Positions 1 to 11,100 of a stretch of 64,000 nucleotides of DNA are shown here, piece by piece (within the stretch, counting starts at the first letter, position 1; each line of letters begins with the position of its first letter). A program made the position numbers and the translations under genes. The stretch is taken from assembly GCA_963662795.1 (NCBI GenBank), contig OY759746.1, positions 1,024,001 to 1,088,000 of the forward strand. Reading direction: 5' to 3'. Source of the DNA: Spirochaetia bacterium (GTDB taxonomy: Bacteria > Spirochaetota > Spirochaetia > CADAEX01). The notes beneath the pieces were generated by a model that did no database searches, was not told where the DNA came from, and saw only the letters and a list, made by a program, of their open reading frames with translations.

Positions 1-60
1 AGCGCTGATATCATCAGGCAGATACTTTCTTATGCTTCTTCTTTTTTCAATACACCTCAT
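1..60 (-). CDS. Nitroreductase family protein, N-terminus only (runs off the window)
   Basis: Reverse complement reads ATG MRCIEKRRSIRKYLPDDISA. RRSIRKY is the nitroreductase FMN-binding motif, and a GGAGAGG RBS lies upstream. Confidence 0.75.
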   Translation of the reverse strand, partial: MRCIEKRRSIRKYLPDDISA

Positions 61-93
61 TTCCTCTCCCCCTTTTTTATCAGGCTGCCTATA

Positions 94-963
94 TCAATAT
101 TTTTCACAAAGATCCAGATAATACAACCCTTCTTCTTCCCTGCCTCTCTTTCTGCATCCTGCGGCATATATCCAGCACTTCTGCCTGAAAACCTCTGCGG
201 CCGCTTCCTCCCTTACATGGGTAAAAAACCCGCTGTCAAGCAGCCCTTTCAGGGCTTTAATCCTGAATATCTCTATCTGCCCGTATTTTTCTGAAAGCTG
301 ATCCCAGTCCCCCGCCCTTTTTATGGTTAAAGGTTCATCAATAAAGGACACATTGTTTTCCGCTGTTACCCTGAGCCAGAGCTCGTAATCCTCCGCCACT
401 TCAAGGTCTTCCCTGAATCCCCCGTACCTGTCAAAGAGTGATTTTCTCATCATCACGGTCGAAGGGCCGATTATGCATTTCCAGAGGGAATCATCAAAAA
501 TATCACCCTCCCTTTTGTGCTTCTGGGATGACTGCGATACTGTCTTCCCGCTCCTCACCCATTTTTCCCTCGTATGGCAGATTACACTATTATCATTGAA
601 GTAATCGCCCCCGGTCTCAGTCTTCCCGGCAAGAAAGTTTAGCTGTTTTTCAAGCTTGTTCGGCATCCAGATGTCATCAGAGTCAAGAAATGCAATATAT
701 TCGCCTTCCGCCTTTTCACCCCCCCTGTTTCTCACAAACCCGGGCATGCCGGAATGCGCATCAAGCCGTATGAACTTAAGAGGGACATCAGCAATCCCCG
801 GGATTCCAAGGACAGCGGAGCGAAGGTCTTCAGAAGAGCAGTCATCGGCAATTATCAGTTCAAAATCCTTAAAGCTCTGCCTCACTACAGATGAAACAGC
901 TTCCCTGAGCAGGGATGACCGGTTATAAACCGGGATAATTACCGAAACTGAAGGTTTTTTCAT
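94..963 (-). CDS. Glycosyltransferase family 2 (GT-A fold)
   Basis: VSVIIPVYN, IIADDCS, YIAFLDSDD (DxD) and EDYELWLR motifs. Confidence 0.92.
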   Translation of the reverse strand: MKKPSVSVIIPVYNRSSLLREAVSSVVRQSFKDFELIIADDCSSEDLRSAVLGIPGIADVPLKFIRLDAHSGMPGFVRNRGGEKAEGEYIAFLDSDDIWMPNKLEKQLNFLAGKTETGGDYFNDNSVICHTREKWVRSGKTVSQSSQKHKREGDIFDDSLWKCIIGPSTVMMRKSLFDRYGGFREDLEVAEDYELWLRVTAENNVSFIDEPLTIKRAGDWDQLSEKYGQIEIFRIKALKGLLDSGFFTHVREEAAAEVFRQKCWIYAAGCRKRGREEEGLYYLDLCEKY

Positions 964-1037
964 ATAAATCCGATAATATCATACAGGCAAAAAAATAGAC
1001 AACCGGCGATAAAGATAATATATTATAGTAAGAAGAT

Positions 1038-2171
1038 ATGAGAATACGCAAATACTTCACGATTAAGAATATATTGCTCATTATACTTGCATCTGCAGCA
1101 TTTTCCGGATGTTCTCAGGTGGCCGACCTTTCAGAGTACCAGGGGATAAATTACGTAGAGTCACTGGTATTTGATCCTGCAATTGAGGTTAACTGGGACA
1201 GGGATACCACAGACACATATCTTGTTTTTACTGCGGTAGTTCCGTCAACGACTTCAGGGCTTCCGGCAGGTACAAGCGATTATTCAAGACTTGAAGTGCT
1301 CAATCTCATGCCGGACGGAGGGTTTGAAAACGGAATCGGGGACTGGACGCCTGTCCTCAGCGGCGGATCTGCCAATGTCGTCGCCGGAGATACAGAGACA
1401 ATACATTCCGGAGATAACAGCCTTAAGTATGATCTTGGAGCTGAGGAACGGGTAGATTTTGATCTTGATAATCTTAATGGAGGAATAACAGATAATGCAA
1501 ATTATCTGATCAGATTTAAATTCAATATGAGCGGGGCAAATCTCACTGCAGTTTTTGAATATAATGATGGGGCAAACGCTTATGACGGGGGTATATGGAC
1601 CCCTAAAACAGACACTGCCTGGACAGGGAACGGATATACCGAGTTCAGAACTTCGGCAGGAGAAGAAAGCATTATAACAGCAAAAACAGGTGCTCCAGGT
1701 AATGATATTTTTTCAATTGGAAGTATTAATGATCTTGGTGACTCACAAGAGGGGCATATCGATGATGTCCGGATTGTAAGAACAGATATCTCCCTATGCC
1801 TGCGTGCTGTAGTTCCGTATGAAGCACAAGACAGACCTGACCTTGTATCAGGAAATTATAAATTCAGTATTTATGTCAAAAAGGAAGATGCTGCAGATAT
1901 CAACCCTTCAACAGCTGATACACCTGATTCTGAAAACAGATTCCCTTCACAGGAAATAACTCTATGTATCAACAGTAATCCTACTGTGATTGACGTCTCT
2001 GCAGTAACTGATTCTGCCTGGGAAAAGGTTTCAGCCGAACTCTTTATACAAATCGACAAGGATGAATCAATCCAGCTGTCAGTTTCACCCATCAATATAA
2101 CCAGTCCTTACCTTAAGGATGCAGGGAGCATATTGATTGCCTCCCCGGCTCTTTATTTCATATCCGACTGA
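1038..2171 (+). CDS. Putative lipoprotein with a carbohydrate-binding/galactose-binding-like domain
   Basis: Basic N-terminus, hydrophobic stretch and lipobox-like AAFSG-C. NLMPDGGFENG...W and IDDVRI resemble CBM4/9-like jelly-roll domains. Confidence 0.55.
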   Translation: MRIRKYFTIKNILLIILASAAFSGCSQVADLSEYQGINYVESLVFDPAIEVNWDRDTTDTYLVFTAVVPSTTSGLPAGTSDYSRLEVLNLMPDGGFENGIGDWTPVLSGGSANVVAGDTETIHSGDNSLKYDLGAEERVDFDLDNLNGGITDNANYLIRFKFNMSGANLTAVFEYNDGANAYDGGIWTPKTDTAWTGNGYTEFRTSAGEESIITAKTGAPGNDIFSIGSINDLGDSQEGHIDDVRIVRTDISLCLRAVVPYEAQDRPDLVSGNYKFSIYVKKEDAADINPSTADTPDSENRFPSQEITLCINSNPTVIDVSAVTDSAWEKVSAELFIQIDKDESIQLSVSPINITSPYLKDAGSILIASPALYFISD

Positions 2172-2173
2172 GA

Positions 2174-5100
2174 CTATTTTACTACCAATACCTTTCTGTA
2201 TTCACTGATACCGGGACCGACAACCCTTATAAAATAGATACCCCTGGCGACAACCCTGCCGCCGCTGTTTTTTCCGTCCCAGGTAAAACTGTAGGATCCT
2301 GCCGGCTGTGTCCCTTTATAAAGGGTTTTTACTACATCTCCCGAAAGGCTGAAGATGTTTATTGTCACCCCCCCCCTTTTTTTCAGATCATAACTCAATA
2401 CTGTTTTCTCCCCTTTGAGAGGATTGATTACGTTGTTGAGAATTGTAACGCCGCTTCTCTGTTCTTTGACACCCTCAATCTTTACAGACCATGGGATGAC
2501 TGTTCTGGGGTCATCCGGATTTGCAACTCTTGCGCAAAACAGATCGCCGACACGGAAGATAAAATCCATACGCTTCCCCGCAGTCATCTCGGAATCATTT
2601 TCAGGAATAAGGAAAGTCCTGAGTGTGCCGGAACTGCTGTATGCGGCGCTTCCCCTTGCGGATGTATTACCTGCCGGATTAAATCCCGGAATCAAGGCAG
2701 GCAGCCAGATATCATTCCAGTAGTATGAGGAGGGAACATTTGCGTCATAGAAAATATTAACAGGAAATCCTGCCGCATTTGAGGCAAGAATGTTTGCTTC
2801 AAGTGTTATGTCACTATCATGCAGTTTCCCTGTTCCGTCAAAATATTTTAATGTTCCTCCAATCTGGATATTTTCTGACTCTATACTATCGTCAGCCCAT
2901 ACAGGCTCAATAATACCAATACCGATATCTGTTATGCGGTGTGCCTCAGCAGCATCCATTGGTGTTCCAAGCGCGTCAAATACAGAGGCGCCATCAAACG
3001 GGGTAATTGAAAGAGATATCGCATCATTTGCGGTGATTGCAGAATCAACATTAATAAACGCGGTAAGTGTTCCTATATTGTCAGGCGCCCTCTCAACCCG
3101 GTCCACACCGCTAATTGTATAACCTGGAATTGTAAAATCCGCCGCATCTACAGGATCGGTGGTTGCATGAGGAGGATTTATCTGCCCGTAGACATACTCT
3201 GAAAATTTTACAAATATTTTATCGTCCCCGACAATTGACAGTGTATAGGTAAAACCAGGGGGGACCTGTTCGTAACAGTTAATATTTGTTTCGTTATAGA
3301 GCAGATTTCCCGAGAGATCGGTAATAAACCCGACTGAAGAGTCATAGGAAAGTATCAGCTGTGTCAGATAATTAAGAGGCAGTTCGCTGTCATTGAAACT
3401 TATTGAAAAATACATATCATTTTTTACATTTATCTGATACGGAAGTGTAGGTTTAAATAAAGAGTTTTCAACCGCTGTCAAAAATGAAAAACCGCTAGCA
3501 GGCCTTACAGTTGTATTTCCTGTACTGTTGATCGTAAAACCAGTACTGCTGCTTGTAACAGATGTGTCTCTTAACCCTTCCCCTGCTGTCGGGTCCGGAT
3601 GATCTGCTGTTGAATCCCACGTTCCATCGTCTGCTGAATTGTCATGAATATGTATTTCAAGCCTGTCAATAAGGTTATCAGTATCTGTATCTCTAGTGAG
3701 TATTTCGTTATACGGTCCGGTGATTGCTCCCGGGCTATAAGCAGAAATGACAGGCTGATCAACATCCCAGCCTGCGCCTGCTACAGATACAGCTATTTTA
3801 GGATAGGCGCTGCCTGCTGTATGCTCAAGTATATTGCCTGACGCATCTGTAATAAAATTATTCGCAGGAACTGTAACTGCCTTAGCTACAGGATCGGTTA
3901 CTCCCCATAAATAACCTGGATATACCTGATCCGGATCAGCCCCTGTTGAGTAACCTGCAATAAAAATTCTTATCCCGAGTGTTGAATCACTGTTTGCGGC
4001 TCCGCCTGTGTTTGCCCTGTAAAGGGAGTTGACCTCAGGAGTCCCGTCCTTGCTTCCTTTATTCACGGTAGATGCGGCATACGTAAAGAAACCGGTTATA
4101 TCGACATCAGCACCGCTTTGTTCTATGCTCCCGCCGTATTTACCAGAAGCGCTGTCATCAAAGAGCGGCTGGGCTCTCACATTTGAAGCAGTTGCATCAG
4201 CTATTGTAAAACCTGCAGCTGTTCCCAGATTAACAGGCTCTGAATATTTAAGCTGAAAATAATTATGGTAATTATATGCCTGAGCAGTGCCGGCATCACG
4301 GTCTGCAGTTATTGAAACAAGTACGGGAGGGCATTTATCAGTAACAGTAATATAATCTGTTGTATCCAGGCGGTTCTTATACTGGTCCCTCAGTGTCTGA
4401 TAAAGCCCTGCAAAGTGCTTCCGGAAATGGATCTGAGGGATGTTAGTCTGGTGAGTACCGTCCCGGTCAGTACTGGATACATTCCCCAAAGATGCATTCT
4501 GAGCATCAGTGTTCCATGGATTTGTAGTAATTCTGATATAAAATGTATCAATATCGTCTACTGTATCTGTCGAAATTGTACATTCCGCATCAGTATAAGT
4601 ACCGGTAAAAGAAGTTGCATAGGCTGTCAGAAAAATATCTGCGACAGCCGCTGAGATTTCATCGTTTGTATTTTCAATCAGTTCATCAAACTCTACCCTG
4701 ATAACATCATCATAAACTGTATATGTACCTGCTCCCGCAATTGTTGTACGTGTTGTCTTCCATTCCGCGCTGCACCCCGTAGCTGTAACCCCCTCTGCAG
4801 CAGCAATATTACCGATTGTGCCGTCAAGCGGATTAAGTGCCACCTGAGAGTTTGTAACAGTTATTACGCCATATGCCTCGGCAAAAAACGTTATACCGCT
4901 GCTGTTATCCCGTATTTGAAGATTCCAATTCACTGTTGCCGGCATATCTGCACCGTTATTATAAAAATTACCATCTGTCCTTATTGTAGCCCCGTCAAGA
5001 TCTGAAAAAACCGCAGTGTGGGTTACAGTTTCGTCAATAATTGCCAGTACTGAAGCAGAAGCTGCATCTATCGCAGCAGGTCTGGTAAATGCCGGATCCG

Positions 5101-8100
5101 GATCATATTTAAAAACATCTGTAGTCCAGTTTCCCGCACTCCATTCGTTATCAGCCGCATATCCTGCGCCGAATACAGCAAAATCACCTGTAGTCCTGAC
5201 AGTTCGCCCTGCTATATTAAGTGTTCCGGCAAAATGGAAAAAATTCCGGCATAAAAGATCGTTTGTAAGAACTGAAATTGTCCCGCCGCTTTTGTTGACA
5301 GCAATATTATAAAAATCATGATTACCGTCATTGCCGCCTGTTGTAAGACTCTGCGCCCCGCCGCCGTTGAATATTACAACACCTGTTCCTGAGTCAAATA
5401 CAGCGCCCACAGCAGTCTGCCAGTCCCCGCCGCAATTGATTCTTCCGCTCCCTGTCGATAATGTTCCGGCTGAAATTATAACATCCGTAGTTACCGTCAT
5501 TTCAAAATCGTTAAGATCAAAGCCTCCAAGAATATTTGAAAAATATCCCGCCAGGGTAATGTCTGAGCCTGCTGTCGCAGTCCCGCCTGCTTTATTAACG
5601 GTAAGATTTGTCAGTGTTGTATCTGTAAAGTCAACATCCTGCGCTCCGCCACCATTCAGGGTAACAATTACAGTACTTGTAAGTGTTCCTGATGTGTAGA
5701 TTACATCCCCTGCTACGCTTAGCTGATTTGCTCCCATAACAAGATTTCCGGCGGTGCGGGTAAGTGTACCATCCAGGGTAATATCTGCGCCTGCGGTATA
5801 AGCTGTTCCATCAATTTCTACATTGTTAAAATCACTCCCTCCGGCCGTTATGCTCCCTGCCCCGTCAAAGACTACAAGGTTTCCCCCATGCGTAAATGTT
5901 CCGCTGTTGCTCCAGTTCCCTGCCACATTTATCTGATTCCCTGCCGCTAAAAGCGTCCCCGCCGTTATCGTAAGATCTCCGTTTACATCAATGGCGCTTG
6001 CAAGCGTTACACTTACTCCGGCTACCGTGAAATTATTAAAACTGTTTGTTGCAGTAAGAGACGGCGTTGTCCCGTCAAAGATTACCTCTCCTGTCCCTGC
6101 CGTAAATACTGCGGCACTCTCATCCCAGTCCCCGGCCACATTTATCGTCCTGCCAGTCCCGGACAGGGTTGCCGATGCATTTGTAAGTGACACGTTCCCG
6201 TTTACATCTATCGCTCCGGTCCCTGTAAGCGTACCAGCACTCATCGAAAGGTTCCCGCTTAAGGCAAACGCACCGTTCGCCGTCACTGTCCCGGCTCCCG
6301 TAAATGAGGCATTCACCGCGCTTAAGCTGTTCGCAAGGGTTGAACTCCCTCCGCTTACAAGAAAATCACCTGTTATCGCAGTTGTTCCTGTCGGGCTGAA
6401 GGTACCCCCTGAAAGACTTACATCAGCTCCTGCTGTAAGCGCCCCGCTTCCTGTGTAACTACCGTCACTTATCACAAGATCTCCGGGTGTTACTCCAACT
6501 GCCCCGCTTCCTGTGTATGCGCTTGCCGCGTTATTTATCGTAAAATCTCCAGTACTTACAGAAAGGCTTCCTGGATTAGTTACTGTAAGGTCTCCACCCG
6601 AAAGCGTCAGCGTTCCCGCATCAAGGACTCCCGCGCTGTGCGTAAGGCTTCCCCCGCTGATATCAAGCAGTCCTGTTACTGTTACGGCTGCCCCGCTTGT
6701 CCTCGCCCCGGCTGTGATATCTACATTGTTAAAATCACTCCCTCCGGCCGTTATGCTCCCTGCCCCGTCAAAGACTACAAGGTTTCCCCCATGCGTAAAT
6801 GTTCCGCTGTTGCTCCAGTTCCCTGCCACATTTATCTGATTCCCCGATGCCAAAAGCGTCCCCGCCGTTATCGTAAGATCTCCGTTTACATCAATGGCGC
6901 TTGCAAGCGTTACACTTACCCCGGCTACCGTGAAATTATTAAAACTGCTTGTTGCTGTAAGAGACGGCGTTGTCCCGTCAAAGATTACTGTCCCTGTCAC
7001 TGCCGTAAATGCCGCGGCACTCTCATCCCAGTCCCCGGCCACATTTATCGTCCTGCCAGTCCCGGACAGGGTTGCCGATGCATTTGTAAGTGACACGTTC
7101 CCGTTTACATCTATCGCTCCGGTCCCTGTAAGCGTACCAGCACTCATCGAAAGGTTCCCGCTTAAGGCAAACGCACCGTTCGCCGTCACTGTCCCGGCTC
7201 CCGTAAATGAGGCATTTACCGCGCTTAAGCTGTTCGCAAGGGTTGAACTCCCTCCGCTTACAAGAAAATCACCTGTTATCGCAGTTGTTCCTGTCGGGCT
7301 GAAGGTACCCCCTGAAAGACTTACATCAGCTCCTGCTGTAAGCGCCCCGCTTCCTGTGTAACTACCGTCACTTATCACAAGATCTCCGGGTGTTACTCCA
7401 ACTGCCCCGCTTCCTGTGTATGCGCTTGCCGCGTTATTTATCGTAAAATCTCCAGTACTTACAGAAAGGCTTCCCGTGGTATTTACTGTAAGGTTTCCCC
7501 CCGAAAGCGTCAGCGTTCCCGCATCAAGGACTCCGCCGCTGTGCGTAAGGCTTCCCCCGCTGATATCAAGCAGTCCTGTTACTGTTACGGCTGCCCCGCT
7601 TGTCCTCGCCCCGGCTGTGATATCTACATTGTTAAAATCACTCCCTCCGGCCGTTATGCTCCCTGCCCCGTCAAAGACTACAAGGTTTCCCCCATGCGTA
7701 AATGTTCCGCTGTTGCTCCAGTTCCCTGCCACATTTATCTGATTCCCTGCCGCTAAAAACGTCCCCGCCGTTATCGTAAGAGCTCCGTTTACATCAATGG
7801 CGCTTGCAAGCGTTACACTTACCCCGGCTACCGTGAAATTATTAAAACTGTTTGTTGCAGTAAGAGACGGCGTTGTCCCGTCAAAGATTACTGTCCCTGT
7901 CACTGCCGTAAATACTGCGGCACTCTCATCCCAGTCCCCGGCCACATTTATCGTCCTTCCATCCCCGGACAAATTTGCTGCTGCATTTGTAAGTGACACG
8001 TTCCCGTTTACATCTATCGCTCCGGTCCCTGTAAGGGTACCGTTACTCATCGAAAGGTTTCCGCTTAAGTTAAACGCACCGTTCGCCGTCACTGTCCCGG

Positions 8101-11100
8101 CTCCCGTAAATGAGGCATTCACCGCACTTAAACTGTTTGCAAGGGTTGAACTCCCTCCGCTTACAAGAAAATCACCTGTTATCGCAGTTGTCCCTGTCGG
8201 GCTGAAGGTACCCCCTGAAAGACTTACATCAGCTCCTGCTGTAAGCGCTCCGCTTCCTGTATAGCTTCCCGCGCTTATCAAAAGGTCCCCGGGTGTTACT
8301 CCAACTGCCCCGCTTCCTGTGTATGCGCTTGCCGCGTTATTTATCGTAAAATCTCCAGTACTTACAGAAAGGCTTCCTGGATTAGTTACTGTAAGGTCTC
8401 CACCCGAAAGCGTCAGCGTTCCCGCATCAAGGACTCCCGCGCTGTGCGTAAGGCTTCCCCCGCTGATATCAAGCAGTCCTGTTACTGTTACGGCTGCCCC
8501 GCTTGTCCTCGCCCCGGCTGTGATATCTACATTGTTAAAATCACTCCCTCCGGCAGCTATGCTCCCTGCCCCGTCAAAGACTACAAGGTTTCCCCCATGC
8601 GTAAATGTTCCGCTGTTGCTCCAGTTCCCTGCCACATTTATCTGATTCCCTGCCGCTAAAAGCGTCCCCGCCGTTATCGTAAGAGCTCCGTTTACATCAA
8701 TGGCGCTTGCAAGCGTTACACTTACTCCGGCTACCGTGAAATTATTAAAACTGTTTGTTGCAGTAAGAGACGGTGTTGTCCCGTCAAAGATTACCTCTCC
8801 TGTCCCTGCCGTAAATACTGCGGCACTCTCATCCCAGTCTCCGGCCACATTTATCGTCCTGCCAGTCCCGGACAGGGTTGCCGATGCATTTGTAAGTGAC
8901 ACATTCCCGTTTACATCTATCGCTCCGGTCCCTGTAAGGGTACCGTTACTCATCGAAAGGTTCCCGCTTAAGTTAAACGCACCGTTCGCCGTCACTGTCC
9001 CGGCTCCCGTAAATGAGGCATTCACCGCACTTAAACTGTTTGCAAGGGTTGAACTCCCTCCGCTTACAAGAAAATCACCTGTTATCGCAGTTGTTCCTGT
9101 CGGGCTGAAGGTACCCCCTGAAAGACTTACATCAGCTCCTGCTGTAAGCGCCCCGCTTCCTGTGTAACTACCGTCACTTATCACAAGATCTCCGGGTGTT
9201 ACTCCAACTGTCCCGCTTCCTGTGTATGCGCTTGCCGCGTTATTTATCGTAAAATCTCCAGTACTTACAGAAAGGCTTCCCGTGGTATTTACTGTAAGGT
9301 TTCCCCCCGAAAGCGTCAGCGTTCCCGCATCAAGGACTCCCGCGCTGTGCGTAAGGCTTCCCCCGCTGATATCAAGCAGTCCTGTTACTGTTACGGCTGC
9401 CCCGCTTGTCCTCGCCCCGGCTGTGATATCTACATTGTTAAAATCACTCCCTCCGGCCGTTATGCTCCCTGCCCCGTCAAAGACTACAAGGTTTCCCCCA
9501 TGCGTAAATGTTCCGCTGTTGCTCCAGTTCCCTGCCACATTTATCTGATTCCCTGCCGCTAAAAACGTCCCCGCCGTTATCGTAAGAGCTCCGTTTACAT
9601 CAATGGCGCTTGCAAGCGTTACACTTACCCCGGCTACCGTGAAATTATTAAAACTGTTTGTTGCTGTAAGAGACGGCGTTGTCCCGTCAAAGATTACTGT
9701 CCCTGTCACTGCCGTAAATGCCGCGGCACTCTCATCCCAGTCCCCGGCCACATTTATCGTCCTGCCATCCCCGGAAAGGTCCGCCAATGCATTTGTAAGT
9801 GACACGTTCCCGTTTACATCTATCGCTCCGGTCCCTGTAAGCGTACCAGCACTCATCGAAAGGTTCCCGCTTAAGTTAAACGCACCGTTCGCCGTCACTG
9901 TCCCGGCTCCCGTAAATGAGGCATTCACCGCACTTAAACTGTTTGCAAGGGTTGAACTCCCTCCGCTTACAAGAAAATCACCTGTTATCGCAGTTGTCCC
10001 TGTCGGGCTGAAGGTACCCCCTGAAAGACTTACATCAGCTCCTGCTGTAAGCGCTCCGCTTCCTGTATAGCTTCCCGCGCTTATCAAAAGGTCCCCGGGT
10101 GTTACTCCAACTGTCCCGCTTCCTGTGTATGTGCTTGCCGCGTTATTTATCGTAAAATCTCCAGTACTTACAGAAAGGCTTCCTGGATTAGTTACTGTAA
10201 GGTCTCCACCCGAAAGCGTCAGCGTTCCCGCATCAAGGACTCCGCCGCTGTGCGTAAGGCTTCCCCCGCTGATATCAAGCAGTCCTGTTACCGTAAATGC
10301 AGTTCCGCTTGTCCTCGCCCCGGCTGTGATATCTACATTGTTAAAATCACTCCCTCCGGCCGTTATGCTCCCTGCCCCGTCAAAGACTACAAGGTTTCCC
10401 CCATGCGTAAATGTTCCGCTGTTGCTCCAGTTCCCTGCCACATTTATCTGATTCCCTGCCGCTAAAAGCGTCCCCGCCGTTATCGTAAGAGCTCCGTTTA
10501 CATCAATGGCGCTTGCAAGCGTTACACTTACTCCGGCTACCGTGAAATTATTAAAACTGTTTGTTGCAGTAAGAGACGGCGTTGTCCCGTCAAAGATTAC
10601 CTCTCCTGTCCCTGCCGTAAATACTGCGGCACTCTCATCCCAGTCTCCGGCCACATTTATTGTCCTGCCATCCCCGGAAAGGTCCGCCAATGCATTTGTA
10701 AGTGACACGTTCCCGTTTACATCTATCGCTCCGCTTCCATTAAGGGTACCATCACTCATCGAAAGGTTTCCGCTTAAGTTAAACGCACCGTTCGCCGTCA
10801 CTGTCCCGGCTCCCGTAAATGAGGCATTCACCGCGCTTAAACTGTTTGCAAGGGTTGAACTCCCTCCGCTTACAAGAAAATCACCGCCAATTGTTACTGT
10901 ACCCCCGACGGTTGAAGAATCAAGAGTACCGGAAACGTTACAATCACCTGTTGTTGTAAGTGAAAATCCGTTTGTATTAAGAGTTCCGTTAATAGTTATC
11001 GTTGAACAGCTTAAATCATCAAGAAGAGTAACTGAACTGCCGCTGTCTATGGTTATGGCACCCAGATTGACTGTATTTGTTGTAAGATCAGTTGTACCGT

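Noticed and set aside
5819-10885. Long tandem repeats as a CRISPR array or mobile element
   Set aside because: The units are 903 bp, in frame and fully coding, with no unique spacers, cas genes or transposase.
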